Positions 18,082 to 28,366 are shown, numbered from the stretch's first letter. The stretch: DNA of 64,000 nt from Bryobacterales bacterium (GCA_963422375.2 OY729428.2:2048001-2112000); one strand, 5' to 3'. The notes: generated by a model from the letters alone, not told the origin. Numbers and translations are program-made.

Positions 18082-19788
18082 GTGCCCGAGAACCGGCTGC
18101 CGAGCGCCGCCGCAGAAGAAGAAGCGAGCGGGCCCGGCGCCGGGCCAGAGGCGGCAGCTGAGGCCGAGCACGCCGAAGTCGTGCGGCGGGCCGGCGTCGT
18201 GAGCGCGTTCGTGCTGCTGAGCCGGGTCACGGGGCTGGTGCGCGAGATCGTGTTCGCCGGCCTGTTCGGGGCCGGCATGCGGTACGACGCCTTCGTCGCG
18301 GCATTCCGGATTCCGAACCTTCTCCGGGACCTGCTGGCGGAGGGCGCCCTCTCGGCGGCCTTCATCACGACGTATTCGCGGAAGCTCTCGGAGAAGAGCC
18401 GGGAAGAGGCGTTCGCTCTGTCCAACCGGCTGGCCACCCTGCTGGTGCCGCTGGTGGCGGCGATTTGCCTAGCAGGGGCGTGGTTCGCTCCCTGGCTCGT
18501 CCGGCAGATCTTTCCCGGATACGCGGCCATCGAGGGGAAGTTCGACCTGACGGTCCTGCTGACCCGGATCATGATGCCCTTCCTGCTGTTCATCGCCTTG
18601 GCGGCGAAGGCGATGGGCGTGCTCAACTCCCACGGCACATACGGCATTCCCGCCCTTTCTTCCGCTTTCTTCAACGTCGTCTCGGTGACGGCGGGGCTGG
18701 CGCTGGGCTACCTGGCCGGGCCGGCGCTGGGGGTCGAGCCGATCGTGGGCATGGCGATCGGCACGCTGCTGGGCGGGTTCGTGCAATACGCCTGCCAGGT
18801 TCCGAGCCTGCGGGCGACTGGCCTACGGTTCCGCCCCATGGGCGGCATCAGGGATCCCGGAGTCCGCCAGGTCTTGCGCCTGATGGGACCGGCCGCGATC
18901 GGGGCGGCGGCCGTGCAGGTCAACGTGATGGTCAACAGCGTCTTCGCCTCGCGGGTGACGGACGACGCCGGGCAGATCATCGACGGGCCGGTATCGTGGC
19001 TGGGCTATTCGTTCCGGTTCATGCAAATGCCCCTGGGCCTGTTCGGCATCGCGATCGGATCGGCGCTGCTGCCGATGATCGCCCAGGCGGCGGCGGCCGG
19101 CGAGACCGCCAAGTTCCGGCACTTGCTCTCGCGCTCCCTCGGCTTGGTGTTCCTCCTCACCATTCCGTCGGCGGCCGGGCTGTTCGCCCTCAGCCGGCCG
19201 CTGATCGGCATCGTCTACGAGCGCGGCCAGTTCGTCGCCTTCGACACCGAGCAGACCGCCGTCGCCCTGTCGTTCTACTGCCTCGGCTTGGTCGGGTACG
19301 CGGCCACGAAGGTCCTCACGCCCGCGTTCTACGCGCTGCAAGACGTGCGGGTCCCGATGACCGTGTCCGTCCTGTCGATCCTGCTGAACTTCACCCTGAA
19401 CAAGGTGTTCATCGACGTTCTCGGATTGGGTCACTGGTCCCTTGCGCTGTCCACGTCGCTGGTCGCGACACTCAACTTCTCAATCCTCCTGAGCGTCATG
19501 CGCTCGAGGATCGGAGGCATCCACGGCGAGCACCTCGCGGCCTCGGGCCTCCGGATCGCGGCCGTGTCGGGCCCAATGGGCGCCTGCTGCTGGGGCGGCG
19601 CGCGCTGGGTCGAAGCGGCGCTGGGCCCGGGCACTTTCGCCGGGCGATTCGCGGCGGTCGCGGTCGGCGTGCCGCTGGGCCTCGGCGTGCTCTACGGCGT
19701 ATTCCGGGCGCTCAACCTGCCCGAATACGAGACCGTTCGGACGGTCGTCCGCGAGCGGCTCGCGAAGGGATGGAACCGGGACCGCTAG
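18082..19788 (+). CDS. murJ: Lipid II flippase MurJ (MviN)
   Basis: LSRVTGLVRE, DAFVAAFRIPNLLRDLLAEGALSAAF, RFMQMPLGLFG and FYALQD motifs. Confidence 0.95.
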   Translation: MPENRLPSAAAEEEASGPGAGPEAAAEAEHAEVVRRAGVVSAFVLLSRVTGLVREIVFAGLFGAGMRYDAFVAAFRIPNLLRDLLAEGALSAAFITTYSRKLSEKSREEAFALSNRLATLLVPLVAAICLAGAWFAPWLVRQIFPGYAAIEGKFDLTVLLTRIMMPFLLFIALAAKAMGVLNSHGTYGIPALSSAFFNVVSVTAGLALGYLAGPALGVEPIVGMAIGTLLGGFVQYACQVPSLRATGLRFRPMGGIRDPGVRQVLRLMGPAAIGAAAVQVNVMVNSVFASRVTDDAGQIIDGPVSWLGYSFRFMQMPLGLFGIAIGSALLPMIAQAAAAGETAKFRHLLSRSLGLVFLLTIPSAAGLFALSRPLIGIVYERGQFVAFDTEQTAVALSFYCLGLVGYAATKVLTPAFYALQDVRVPMTVSVLSILLNFTLNKVFIDVLGLGHWSLALSTSLVATLNFSILLSVMRSRIGGIHGEHLAASGLRIAAVSGPMGACCWGGARWVEAALGPGTFAGRFAAVAVGVPLGLGVLYGVFRALNLPEYETVRTVVRERLAKGWNRDR

Positions 19789-20573
19789 CTCGGCGGAGCG
19801 CCAGTATCGAGCTCCGCGGGAGGCGGCAGGGGAGGAAACGCCTTGAGCGCCTCCTGCAAGTCGGACGGCAGATCCTCGTACGATTTCATTAGGGCATCCG
19901 TCGTGACGGTCCCGCTCTCGCGGACCGCGTTCCCGTGCAGGGTGTCGAGCGCGGCGCCGAACTCGGTGTCGCGGGAGAACTCCGGGGGAGATCCGAAGAG
20001 CAGCAGCCGGAGGCTGTCGGTGAGCCGCTCCGCCCAAATGCGCGCCAGCAGCTTGGCGTCTTCGGTCTCGGACAGGATCATGTCGTCCGACGTGACCGCC
20101 ACGATTTCCTGCGCCACCTCGGCATCGGCTGTCTCCTTCTGCAAGATGCGCGGCATCCCGCCATCGGCTCCGGTGTCGATCGTGATGACGCGCCCCGGCG
20201 TCTCGGCCAGCTCCCCGACCACCTCGTTGAGGCTCTCAACCACCTGCTTCGCCCGGGTCGCCCCGGCGCCTCCGGCCATAGGATCGCTGATCTCGAACAG
20301 CGTCAGCGGGCCGAGCTGGATCGCGATCGGCACGCCAGCCGTCAGGCCCTGGTTGGGAAGGAGCTCGTACCGCGCGTCCGGGACCTCGAGCGTCAGGGCC
20401 GAGGGAGCGTGCTGCAGGAAGACCACGGCCGCGACGACCGCCAGGGCGAGGCCTAGGGCGATGATGGAAACCGGCTTCGACAGCGGCTGGCGCTTCACGC
20501 CTGCCTTGAGCGCCTCGAATTCAGATCCCCGTGACGGGACGTCCGCGGACGGCGATGGCTGCGGTTCCGACAT
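19785..20573 (-). CDS. Hypothetical membrane-anchored protein
   Basis: 262 aa with a single TM helix (IIALGLALAVVAAVVFL) and an acidic extracytoplasmic domain; coding-like composition. Confidence 0.7.
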   Translation of the reverse strand: MSEPQPSPSADVPSRGSEFEALKAGVKRQPLSKPVSIIALGLALAVVAAVVFLQHAPSALTLEVPDARYELLPNQGLTAGVPIAIQLGPLTLFEISDPMAGGAGATRAKQVVESLNEVVGELAETPGRVITIDTGADGGMPRILQKETADAEVAQEIVAVTSDDMILSETEDAKLLARIWAERLTDSLRLLLFGSPPEFSRDTEFGAALDTLHGNAVRESGTVTTDALMKSYEDLPSDLQEALKAFPPLPPPAELDTGAPPS

Positions 20574-20739
20574 CTAGCGATTCGCGCCCGATCTCTCATT
20601 GTGACCGCTGCGGGCGCGAATGTCGAATGGGTAGGCCGGGGCGCTCGGCGGGCTGTGGGCGATCCGCAATAGCGGCGGGTGGAGGTGCGGGGAAGGAGCG
20701 TACAATGGCGGCGCGGGCGCTGCCCGGCAAGCCGATTCC

Positions 20740-21621
20740 ATGCGCGCCGATCCCTCCCTCCGGAACGCGCCCCGCCCGGTGCCGGTCTACCGGGCGGAGG
20801 CGCGAACCATACTCAGTCGAACTAGGGGGTTCATCGCCCGGGCCGGCTTCACCCACTCGCTGAATCCGGCCCGGAATTGCGTCTACGGCTGCACCTACTG
20901 CTACGTGCCGACCTTGCGCGTTTACGGGGGACTGAAGGCCGCCGACTGGCAGCGGTGGGGCCGCCACACTACGTACAAGGCTAACGCCGCCGAGCTGCTG
21001 CGGCGCGAACTCCGGCCCGGGCAGCTGATCTACTGCTCGCCGCTGGTGGACCCGTATCAGCCCGCCGAGGCATCGGAGCGCGCGATGCCCGCCCTGCTCG
21101 AGGCGCTGTGCGCCAGCCCCCCGGCAGCATTCGCGCTGCAAACCCGCGGGACGCTAGCGCTGCGCGACACCGGCCTGCTGCGCCGCTTGGCGAACCGGAC
21201 CCGGCTGCGGATCAGCTTCTCGCTCACCACCGACCGCGACGACGTGCGCCGACTCTACGAGCCGCACTGCGAGTCGATCAACGCACGGGTGCGCGCCATG
21301 AGGCAGCTCGCGGGCGCGGGGCTCGCCGTGCACTGCACGTTGGCACCGATCCTGCCGTGCGATCCCCGGCGCCTGGCCGACCTCGCGCTGCAGTCAACTG
21401 GCCGGGACGTGATCGCCGATCCGCTGCACAGCCGCGAGGGCAAGCCGCAGGGCGCGACCACGCGGGCCGAGGGCCTGCGCGTCAGCGAGGCGCAAGGCTT
21501 CCGCGAGTGGCACAGTCCCGCGTTCCAAGCCGAGGTCGTGGCTAGGATCCGCTCGCGGGTCGAGGCCGCCGGGCGGGCGCTGGGCGTCGGCGAGGAGGGC
21601 TTCCGCATTCTGGCTCGTTGA
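20740..21621 (+). CDS. Radical SAM protein, spore-photoproduct-lyase-like family
   Basis: SLNPARNCVYGCTYCY (CxxxCxxC), DPYQPAE and APILP motifs. Confidence 0.85.
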   Translation: MRADPSLRNAPRPVPVYRAEARTILSRTRGFIARAGFTHSLNPARNCVYGCTYCYVPTLRVYGGLKAADWQRWGRHTTYKANAAELLRRELRPGQLIYCSPLVDPYQPAEASERAMPALLEALCASPPAAFALQTRGTLALRDTGLLRRLANRTRLRISFSLTTDRDDVRRLYEPHCESINARVRAMRQLAGAGLAVHCTLAPILPCDPRRLADLALQSTGRDVIADPLHSREGKPQGATTRAEGLRVSEAQGFREWHSPAFQAEVVARIRSRVEAAGRALGVGEEGFRILAR

Positions 21622-22078
21622 GAAGCCGGCGGGGAGGGCGGGCATTCGTGCGAGCCAACCCAGGCGATTCGGCCGCTGCACGCAGGCAGCATGTCACAGC
21701 GCGGCGGCCGCCGCGGAGGGGCGGACCGAGGAACGGCCGGTCAGTTCAAGCCGACGAGTCGAGGCCTGATCCAGCAGTCCCCGAGAAACGCTCGGATCGC
21801 GGTATGCATCGCAACGAGAGCGAACAAGAGTAGCCGCTCGGGCCGGTGCGAGGCTCGGCGCGTAGCAAGAACTCAGCAATGCCGCGGACTTCCTCCGGTA
21901 TGCGCTGCATTGGGTTGCGGTTGCGGCGCCGTTCGCATGGCCCGCGGCGACAATCTCGCTGGATGACAGCTCGTTCGGCGGGCGGTCGAGACCCGCGCGG
22001 CCGCCCGAACCAGCAGCCCAAGACGTCTCGACTTCGGTTGCTCCGGGCGGAGTAGGGCGTGGTCAGTACAATCGGGAC

Positions 22079-22405
22079 GTGCGGGTTCGTCTCGTCAAAA
22101 TCGCTCATGCGCGCTCCGGCGACAAGGGCGACACCGCCAACATCGGACTCATCGCGATCGAGCCTCGCCACTACCCGGCGATACTGCGGGAAGTCACGCC
22201 CGCACGGGTCAAGGCGCATTTCGGCACGCTCTGCCGGGGGCCTGTGGAGCGGTTTGAGCTTCCGAACATCGGGGCTGTCAACTTCCTGTTGCACGGAGCC
22301 CTTGCTGGCGGCGGCACGCTGTCGCTGCGCACCGATGCCCAGGGCAAGACGCTGGGGGCGGCCCTGCTGCGCCTGGAGGTCGAGGTCTCCGCCGACGAGC
22401 TCTGA
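22079..22405 (+). CDS. AtuA-related small protein (stand-alone AtuA C-terminal-like domain)
   Basis: AHARSGDKGDTANIG, VERFELPN, NFLL and GGGTLSLRTDAQGK motifs. Confidence 0.85.
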   Translation: MRVRLVKIAHARSGDKGDTANIGLIAIEPRHYPAILREVTPARVKAHFGTLCRGPVERFELPNIGAVNFLLHGALAGGGTLSLRTDAQGKTLGAALLRLEVEVSADEL

Positions 22406-22486
22406 GCGAGGCCCGGGCGGAATCGCGGAGCTGCGCCGACGGCGCGCCTCCACTGTGCTAGCGTGAGAAATAGAGAAGACAAGCAA

Positions 22487-24160
22487 TTGAGCAAGGAACT
22501 CCGAGTCATCCCTATCGGCGGCTTGGGCGAGTTCGGCATGAACATGATGGCGCTGGAAAGCGGCGCCGACATGATCCTGATCGACGCCGGCACTTCGTTC
22601 CCGGGTCCGGAGCGCCCGGGTATCGATGTCGTCGTGCCCGACCTAGAGTACGTTCTGGCCAACCGCCAGAAAGTGCGCGGCCTAGTCCTCACCCACGCCC
22701 ATCTGGACCACATCGGCGCGGTCCCCTACGTCTTGGAGCAGTTGCAGGTACCCGTCTACGGCACTGCCTTCACCTTGGGCTTGGTGCGCAAGCAGCTGTC
22801 CGAGTTCACCCTGCAGAACCCGGCGAAGTTGACCACCGTCAGCCCCGGCGAGGCGTTCTCGCTCGGCTGCTTCGCAATCGAGGGCATCCACGTTACGCAC
22901 AGCACGGTGCAGTGCATGGCCTTGGCGATCTCGACCCCGGCCGGATGCGTCCTGCACACGGGCGACTTCAAGATCGACCAGACCCCGGTGGACGGTCGCG
23001 AGTTCGACTTCGCGAAGTTCGCCGAGTACGGCCGGCGCGGCGTCCTGCTGCTCTGCTCGGACTCCACGAACGCCGACGTGAGCGGCTTCAGCAAGTCGGA
23101 ACGCGCTGCCGGCGCGGCGCTGGACCGCGTCTTCGCCGAAGCGAAGCACGCCCTTTTTTTTACCTGCTTCTCGTCCGCCACGCACCGCATCCAGCAGATC
23201 GTTGACCATGCGGTTTCCTACCGGCGCAAGCTGGCCTTCGTCGGTCGCAGCGTGGCGCGATCCTGCGACATCGCGAGGGACCTCGGACTGCTCAAGATTC
23301 CTCCGGGAACCGTGGTCCGCCCGCAAGACTTGAAGTCCTACCGGCGTCTCGACCGGGTCACCGTGATCGCCGGATCGCAAGGAGAGCCCCTGTCGTCGCT
23401 GTCTCGGGCCTCGCTAGGCCGGCACAATACCGCTGAAATCCTCGAAGGCGACACCGTTGCGTTCAGCGCCAAGATGATTCCCGGCAACGAGACCACCATC
23501 AACCGCATGGTGGACCACCTGTACCGCCGGGGCGCGAAAGTCCTGTACGGCGACGCCTTGCCGGATCTGCACGTAACCGGCCATCCCTGCCGGGAGGAGC
23601 TCAAGCTGCTGCTCAATCTCGTGCGGCCGCGCTATTTCGTGCCGATTCACGGCGATTACCGCCAGCTGGCCCGGCACCGGCTGCTGGCGAGGGCGGTCCG
23701 CGGCTCGAAGTTGGACGAAGCGATCCTTCTCGAGAACGGCCAGGTGCTGCAGTTCGACGAGTTCGGCGCCCGCGTGCTGGAAGATAAGGTTCCCGTGGGC
23801 CATCGCCTCATCGACGCGGGGACGGGCGGCGAGGTACTGGCGGACGCGGTCATGCGCGACCGGCGACGGCTCTCCGAATTCGGGATTCTCCTTCCGGTGG
23901 TCACGGTCGACGAACGCAAGGGGGAGGCGACCAACGTCGAGATCATTTCTCGCGGCTTCGTCGATTCCGGACAAGTGGGAGAGATTGCGGACGGTGCCGC
24001 GGATGCGATTCGAAGCGCGGTCGTGCGATGCACGGCAGAGGAGCGCGGAGACCTCGGCGTGATGGAAGCGAGAATACGGGATTCGGTCCGGCGCTTCATC
24101 GCTCGCAAGACCTCGCGCCAGAGCCAGCCGCTGGTCGTGCCGGTGCTGCTCGAAGGATAG
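22487..24160 (+). CDS. rnj: Ribonuclease J
   Basis: IPIGGLGEFGMNM, THAHLDHIG, HTGDFKIDQTP, DSTNA, GSQGEP, HVTGH and PIHG motifs. TTG start at 22487 preferred over GTG 22463. Confidence 0.95.
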   Translation: MSKELRVIPIGGLGEFGMNMMALESGADMILIDAGTSFPGPERPGIDVVVPDLEYVLANRQKVRGLVLTHAHLDHIGAVPYVLEQLQVPVYGTAFTLGLVRKQLSEFTLQNPAKLTTVSPGEAFSLGCFAIEGIHVTHSTVQCMALAISTPAGCVLHTGDFKIDQTPVDGREFDFAKFAEYGRRGVLLLCSDSTNADVSGFSKSERAAGAALDRVFAEAKHALFFTCFSSATHRIQQIVDHAVSYRRKLAFVGRSVARSCDIARDLGLLKIPPGTVVRPQDLKSYRRLDRVTVIAGSQGEPLSSLSRASLGRHNTAEILEGDTVAFSAKMIPGNETTINRMVDHLYRRGAKVLYGDALPDLHVTGHPCREELKLLLNLVRPRYFVPIHGDYRQLARHRLLARAVRGSKLDEAILLENGQVLQFDEFGARVLEDKVPVGHRLIDAGTGGEVLADAVMRDRRRLSEFGILLPVVTVDERKGEATNVEIISRGFVDSGQVGEIADGAADAIRSAVVRCTAEERGDLGVMEARIRDSVRRFIARKTSRQSQPLVVPVLLEG

Positions 24161-24262
24161 GGCGGCGGCAGGCCGACCACTCCTCACCCTCGCGGCACGA
24201 GGCGCTGCAGGCGATTCCACTCGTCGAGGTACTCCCGCCGATGCTCGTTGCCTTCCTGCAGT

Positions 24263-25531
24263 TCACTTAGGACTTTGATCGATATTAAGTTTCCAACTTC
24301 GTCGTGGATGTAGTTCGTAGTTCCAATCACCGTGGAACTCGTTCCGATGGAGCGACAGGGCGTCCATCTTCGCCTTCGTTACTGCCTCACCGGTCGGGTA
24401 CTTTCTATTGTCAAGTTCGGCTTTGACCGGAAGGCCGGCGGCTGTGCGCGTACCGCCGATCAAGTCGACAACGGTCTCAAATGTACGCAGTGGCTTGCCT
24501 CGCCAATTCTGCGTGACGTGGCAGAACAGGCGGCGCTCAATCTTATGCCATGGACTGGTCCCCGGCGGGAAGCGGCTGACGTGGATGCGAAGACATGTCC
24601 GGTCAGCGAACTTCTGCAGCCGATGCTTCCAGGCGCGAGAGCGATACCCGTTGCTACCGCCCGCATCGGCAGCGATGAACAGCTCGCCAGCCTCGGGGTA
24701 GCGGCGCTTCCCCGTCTCGTTCCACCACCGTCGCAGCGAGGCCGCGGCAAACGCGGGCGTGTCGTGATCACGTCCGACATGCACCCAGGCTTCGTTGCGC
24801 CCCATGTCATGGATGCCATACGGCATCGCTTTGCCGGACGAGTCCTTGGGAAAATCATGCACCAGTGATTTCCCGGGGCTCCCCTGCGGTTGCCATGCCC
24901 GCCCGCCGTTCTTGAATTCACCCGCCAGTTCCTTCTTCTCGGTGTCGACCGAGACCACTGGCTGACAACGTTGCGGGAAATCATCCGCCTTCGTATGGAT
25001 GTGCTCGAACTGCGCGTCCCGGTCGGGGCGGGTTGTCCCTTCGAGACTCTTGCGCACCGATTGCAGGCTGCAGCCAAGCTCGTGCAGTGAACCGCTCGCC
25101 GTCGTCGAACTCACCTGCCAACCCGCCTGCGACAACGCCGCCTGCGACAACGCCGCGGTGAGCTTCGCCCGACTCTTGCATGTCCAGCGCAACGGCGACT
25201 CCGGGTCACCGCGCGTCAACGGGTCGACCAGCTTCTCCAGCGCTTGCTCGATGCCCGGCCGCGACTGCTCGATGCCGGGCCGGGCGGCGCCCGGGCGGCG
25301 TATCCGACCGCGTTCAACACTGCCGGATTCCAGCTCTCGACGCCCCGCGCGGATGGCGCGGACGGTCGGGCGCGACAACCCAGTCGCGTCCGATACCAGC
25401 GCATCTCCCCCATACCCGATGGCACGCGACTCCGTCGCCGCCCATAGCCGACGCCCGCGCTCGTCGAGAAACGCTTCCACCGCCGCGTACTGCTCAACAA
25501 TTGTCGCTTCGAGTTCAAGATTGCGTCTCAT
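24263..25531 (-). CDS. ISAzo13-family transposase (possibly degenerate)
   Basis: LDERGRRLWAA, RGDPESPLRWT, DRDAQFEHI, SVDTEKKE, ADAGGSNG, PPGTS and FHGDWNY motifs; 15-bp internal duplication; the ORF stop lies just outside the TIR. Confidence 0.88.
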   Translation of the reverse strand: MRRNLELEATIVEQYAAVEAFLDERGRRLWAATESRAIGYGGDALVSDATGLSRPTVRAIRAGRRELESGSVERGRIRRPGAARPGIEQSRPGIEQALEKLVDPLTRGDPESPLRWTCKSRAKLTAALSQAALSQAGWQVSSTTASGSLHELGCSLQSVRKSLEGTTRPDRDAQFEHIHTKADDFPQRCQPVVSVDTEKKELAGEFKNGGRAWQPQGSPGKSLVHDFPKDSSGKAMPYGIHDMGRNEAWVHVGRDHDTPAFAAASLRRWWNETGKRRYPEAGELFIAADAGGSNGYRSRAWKHRLQKFADRTCLRIHVSRFPPGTSPWHKIERRLFCHVTQNWRGKPLRTFETVVDLIGGTRTAAGLPVKAELDNRKYPTGEAVTKAKMDALSLHRNEFHGDWNYELHPRRSWKLNIDQSPK

Positions 25532-25586
25532 CGGATGATGAGAACACAAAACTCAGAACATGGAAATCTGATTTCCGACAACGCCC
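24270..25586 (-). mobile_element. ISAzo13-family insertion sequence (1317 bp)
   Basis: Imperfect 26-bp TIRs (GGACTTTGATCGATATTAAGTTTCCA vs GGGCGTTGTCGGAAATCAGATTTCCA); TTA direct repeats at 24267-24269 and 25587-25589; excision restores the host reading frame. Confidence 0.9.
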
Positions 25587-26408
25587 TTAGCTGCTGCTGC
25601 TCGTCACGATATTCCGCGTCCGAGACGTGCCCGGCTAGGTGAGCCGTGCGCAGCCACACGAGATAGGTGGTCAGCGCGTCGTGTTCGTTGTACTTGACAA
25701 TCCGTTCGAGTTTCCCGTCGAGCCAGGCCTGGGCGATGTCGCCGCCGTCGAAGCCCAGCTTCCCGGGAATGCCCGAGAGGGTGGCGATCTGATTCAGTGA
25801 GGGCGCAGCGTTCCCGTACGGACTCACGACCGACATCAGGTCGACATGCCAATCCGTCGTCCTGGCGAAATAGTCGGTCCCCTCCCAAGGCTTCTCGGGC
25901 CGACTGCAGAACCGCTCCGCCCGGATGCCGTTGACGATCGCCCTCTGGACGAGAATCGCAAGGTCGGATCCCTGCGAGTTGTAGCCGACGAGCCGCGGCC
26001 GGCACCGACCCACGCTGCTGAGGAACTTCCTGAGGATAGCGGCCTCCCGGCATTCGTCCGGTTCTCGGGGGTCCTTGGGCTGGGAGCGCAGATCAAGCGC
26101 GAGCCGACCGCTTTCGGTGCGTTGGCGCCTGACCATGGCGACCGAGAACCCGGTACAGGAGCGTGCGCAGAAACGGCCTGGGATTGTCGTCCGTGGCGCC
26201 GTTCCGCCGCCACATCTCGTCGAGAACCTCGCTGTCCGGCAGATTTTCCGGCAGGTCGTAGAGCAGCCGGCCCGCCGCCGGGTCGGGCACCCATTCGACA
26301 TCGAAGGCCCAAACCTCCTGCATGACCTGCCTGAACATGGTCTCTGCTCGCTCCAGTCCTCGCCGCCCGACGGGCCGGCGCGCCGCTCCGGCCGTTCCGC
26401 CGCCGCCG

Positions 26409-27686
26409 CTAGCCCCGCTCCGTTGACCTAGGGAGGAGGGGCTTCGACGGATCGATTGCCAGCCAGCAGGCCATTGAGACGAAGCAGGAGCAGGCGATGA
26501 GGGCCAAGGGGAAGTTCCAGCCGTAGGTGTCGATCAGAGCGCCGTAGCCGACGCTCATGATCACCGCTCCCGCCTGGCCGGCCGTGTTCATCGCACCGCT
26601 GACGGTTCCGGACGCTTCGCGCCCGATGTCGACGCAGACCGCCCAGGCCGCCGGCAGCATCAGGTCGGAAGCGGCGAAGCCGAGGGCGAGAATCAGGCTG
26701 GCGGCCAGGCGGTCCTCCACCGCGATGGAAAGCAGGATCAACGCTCCGGCGCACCCGACCCCGGCCATTCCGACGATCCGGCGGCCCAGCACGATGCCGA
26801 TTCGCCGGACCAGGCGGTCGCTCAGCGATCCGCCGAGCCAGTTGGCCATGGCGGCCAGCAGGAAGGGCAGGGCAGTGTAAGCCGCCAGTTCGGAACTCTC
26901 CCAGCCCTTCTGGGAAGAGAGGTAGCTCGCTGTCCAGAACAGGTACCAGTTCGAGGCGTAGCAGAAGAAATGGTAGGCACCCAGGATCGCCCAGAAGTTG
27001 CCGCTAAGCAGCAAGGCGCCAAGCGCAATGCGCCCGCCGCGCGAGGGAGCGGCCCCGATCGCGGCAATCTCGGCGGCATTCACGCTCCGGTGTTCCGCCG
27101 GATAATCGCGAAAGAACTTCCACCACCAGACGGCCCAGACGACACCTAGGACGCTGAAGACGTAGAAGACGCTGCGCCAGCCCCAGTTCGAGATCAGCGG
27201 CAGCACAAGGAAAGGCGACAAGGCGCCCCCGAGACGGCTGGCCAGGAACACGATGCCCTGGGCGAGAGCCCGCTGCTGCGGGGGGAACCATCGAGACACC
27301 ACGCAGGCGGCGTTGGGGTAGGCCCCTGCCTCGCCGGCGCCGAACAGCGCTCGGACGACCAGAAGCTGCCAGTAGCCGCTTACCGTGCCGGTGAGGGCGG
27401 TGAACGCCGACCACCAGACGACGATCCGCGTCAGGATAAGGCGCGGTCCGAAGCGATCCCCCAGCCAGCCCCCGGGCACTTCGAAGATGCCATAGGCTGC
27501 CAGGAAGGCTGCCAGCACCATCCCCCACTGGGCGTTGGACAGGCCGAGGGCCCGCTGCATGTCCGGTCCGGCCGAATTGATGCAGACGCGATCGAGATAG
27601 GTGACCACAGAAAGCAGGAACAGCCCGGCCATCACCGTCCGACGAACCTTCGTCGGCCCGGAGCCGACGCTGGTTCCGCCCGCCAA
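26409..27686 (-). CDS. MFS transporter, anion:cation symporter type (sugar acid-like)
   Basis: YLDRVCI, GWLGDRFGPR, GAGEAGAYP, RWFP and GAMNTAG motifs. Start TTG 27686 or ATG 27632. Confidence 0.9.
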   Translation of the reverse strand: MAGGTSVGSGPTKVRRTVMAGLFLLSVVTYLDRVCINSAGPDMQRALGLSNAQWGMVLAAFLAAYGIFEVPGGWLGDRFGPRLILTRIVVWWSAFTALTGTVSGYWQLLVVRALFGAGEAGAYPNAACVVSRWFPPQQRALAQGIVFLASRLGGALSPFLVLPLISNWGWRSVFYVFSVLGVVWAVWWWKFFRDYPAEHRSVNAAEIAAIGAAPSRGGRIALGALLLSGNFWAILGAYHFFCYASNWYLFWTASYLSSQKGWESSELAAYTALPFLLAAMANWLGGSLSDRLVRRIGIVLGRRIVGMAGVGCAGALILLSIAVEDRLAASLILALGFAASDLMLPAAWAVCVDIGREASGTVSGAMNTAGQAGAVIMSVGYGALIDTYGWNFPLALIACSCFVSMACWLAIDPSKPLLPRSTERG

Positions 27687-27712
27687 GAGAGTCCCGCTGT
27701 GACTGCTCCAGG

Positions 27713-28366
27713 CTACGCGTGCGCGACGAGCGTGCGCCGGTAGTCCGCTAGGAACTTGTCGAGGCCGATGTCCGTCAGGGGGTGGTTGAACAATTGGTCG
27801 AAGACCTTGTAGGGCAGGGTGCAGACGTGCGCGCCCGCGAGGGCAGCTTCCTTGACGTGCAGGGGCCCGCGCGCCGATGCCGCGAGCACCTGGGTCGCGT
27901 AGCCGTAGTTGTCGTAGATCTCGACGATTTCCCGGATCAGCTCCGAGCCGTCGTGGGAGATGTCGTCCAGGCGCCCGATGAAAGGGCTGATCAGGTACGC
28001 GCCCGCTTTCGCGGCGAGGAGTGCCTGGAGCGGCGAGAAGCACAGAGTGACGTTCGTGCGGATGCCCTCGCTGGCGAGCCTGCCCACCGCCTTGATGCCC
28101 TCGCGGACGAGAGGAATCTTGACCACGACCGATTCGTGAATCCTAGCCAGGTCGCGCCCCTCGGCGACCATCCCCTCGACGTCCGTCGCGACCACCTCGG
28201 CGCTGATGTCGCCGTCGATCATGCCGCAGATCGCCCGGATCTGGTCGTGGTGCTCGTGCCCTTCCTTGGCGATGAGGGACGGGTTGGTCGTGACGCCGTC
28301 GATGATGCCGAAGGACGTCGCCCTGCGGATCTCCTCGAGGTTGGCACTGTCGATAAAGAGTTTCAC
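27713..28366 (-). CDS. tal: Transaldolase (short Fsa/TalC type)
   Basis: DGVTTNPSLI, VVKIP (Schiff-base Lys), TNVTL and SPFIGRLDD; Glu in SAEV and Phe in SPF match transaldolase rather than FSA specificity. Confidence 0.9.
   Translation of the reverse strand: MKLFIDSANLEEIRRATSFGIIDGVTTNPSLIAKEGHEHHDQIRAICGMIDGDISAEVVATDVEGMVAEGRDLARIHESVVVKIPLVREGIKAVGRLASEGIRTNVTLCFSPLQALLAAKAGAYLISPFIGRLDDISHDGSELIREIVEIYDNYGYATQVLAASARGPLHVKEAALAGAHVCTLPYKVFDQLFNHPLTDIGLDKFLADYRRTLVAHA

Larger units (their letters stand above)
24184..26338 (-). pseudogene. PolB-related 3'-5' exonuclease family gene, frameshifted and IS-interrupted
   Basis: FDVEWVPD (ExoI), GYNSQGSDL (ExoII) and YNEHDA (ExoIII); frame change near 26145; the last ~28 codons lie on the far side of the ISAzo13 element. 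Confidence 0.85.
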
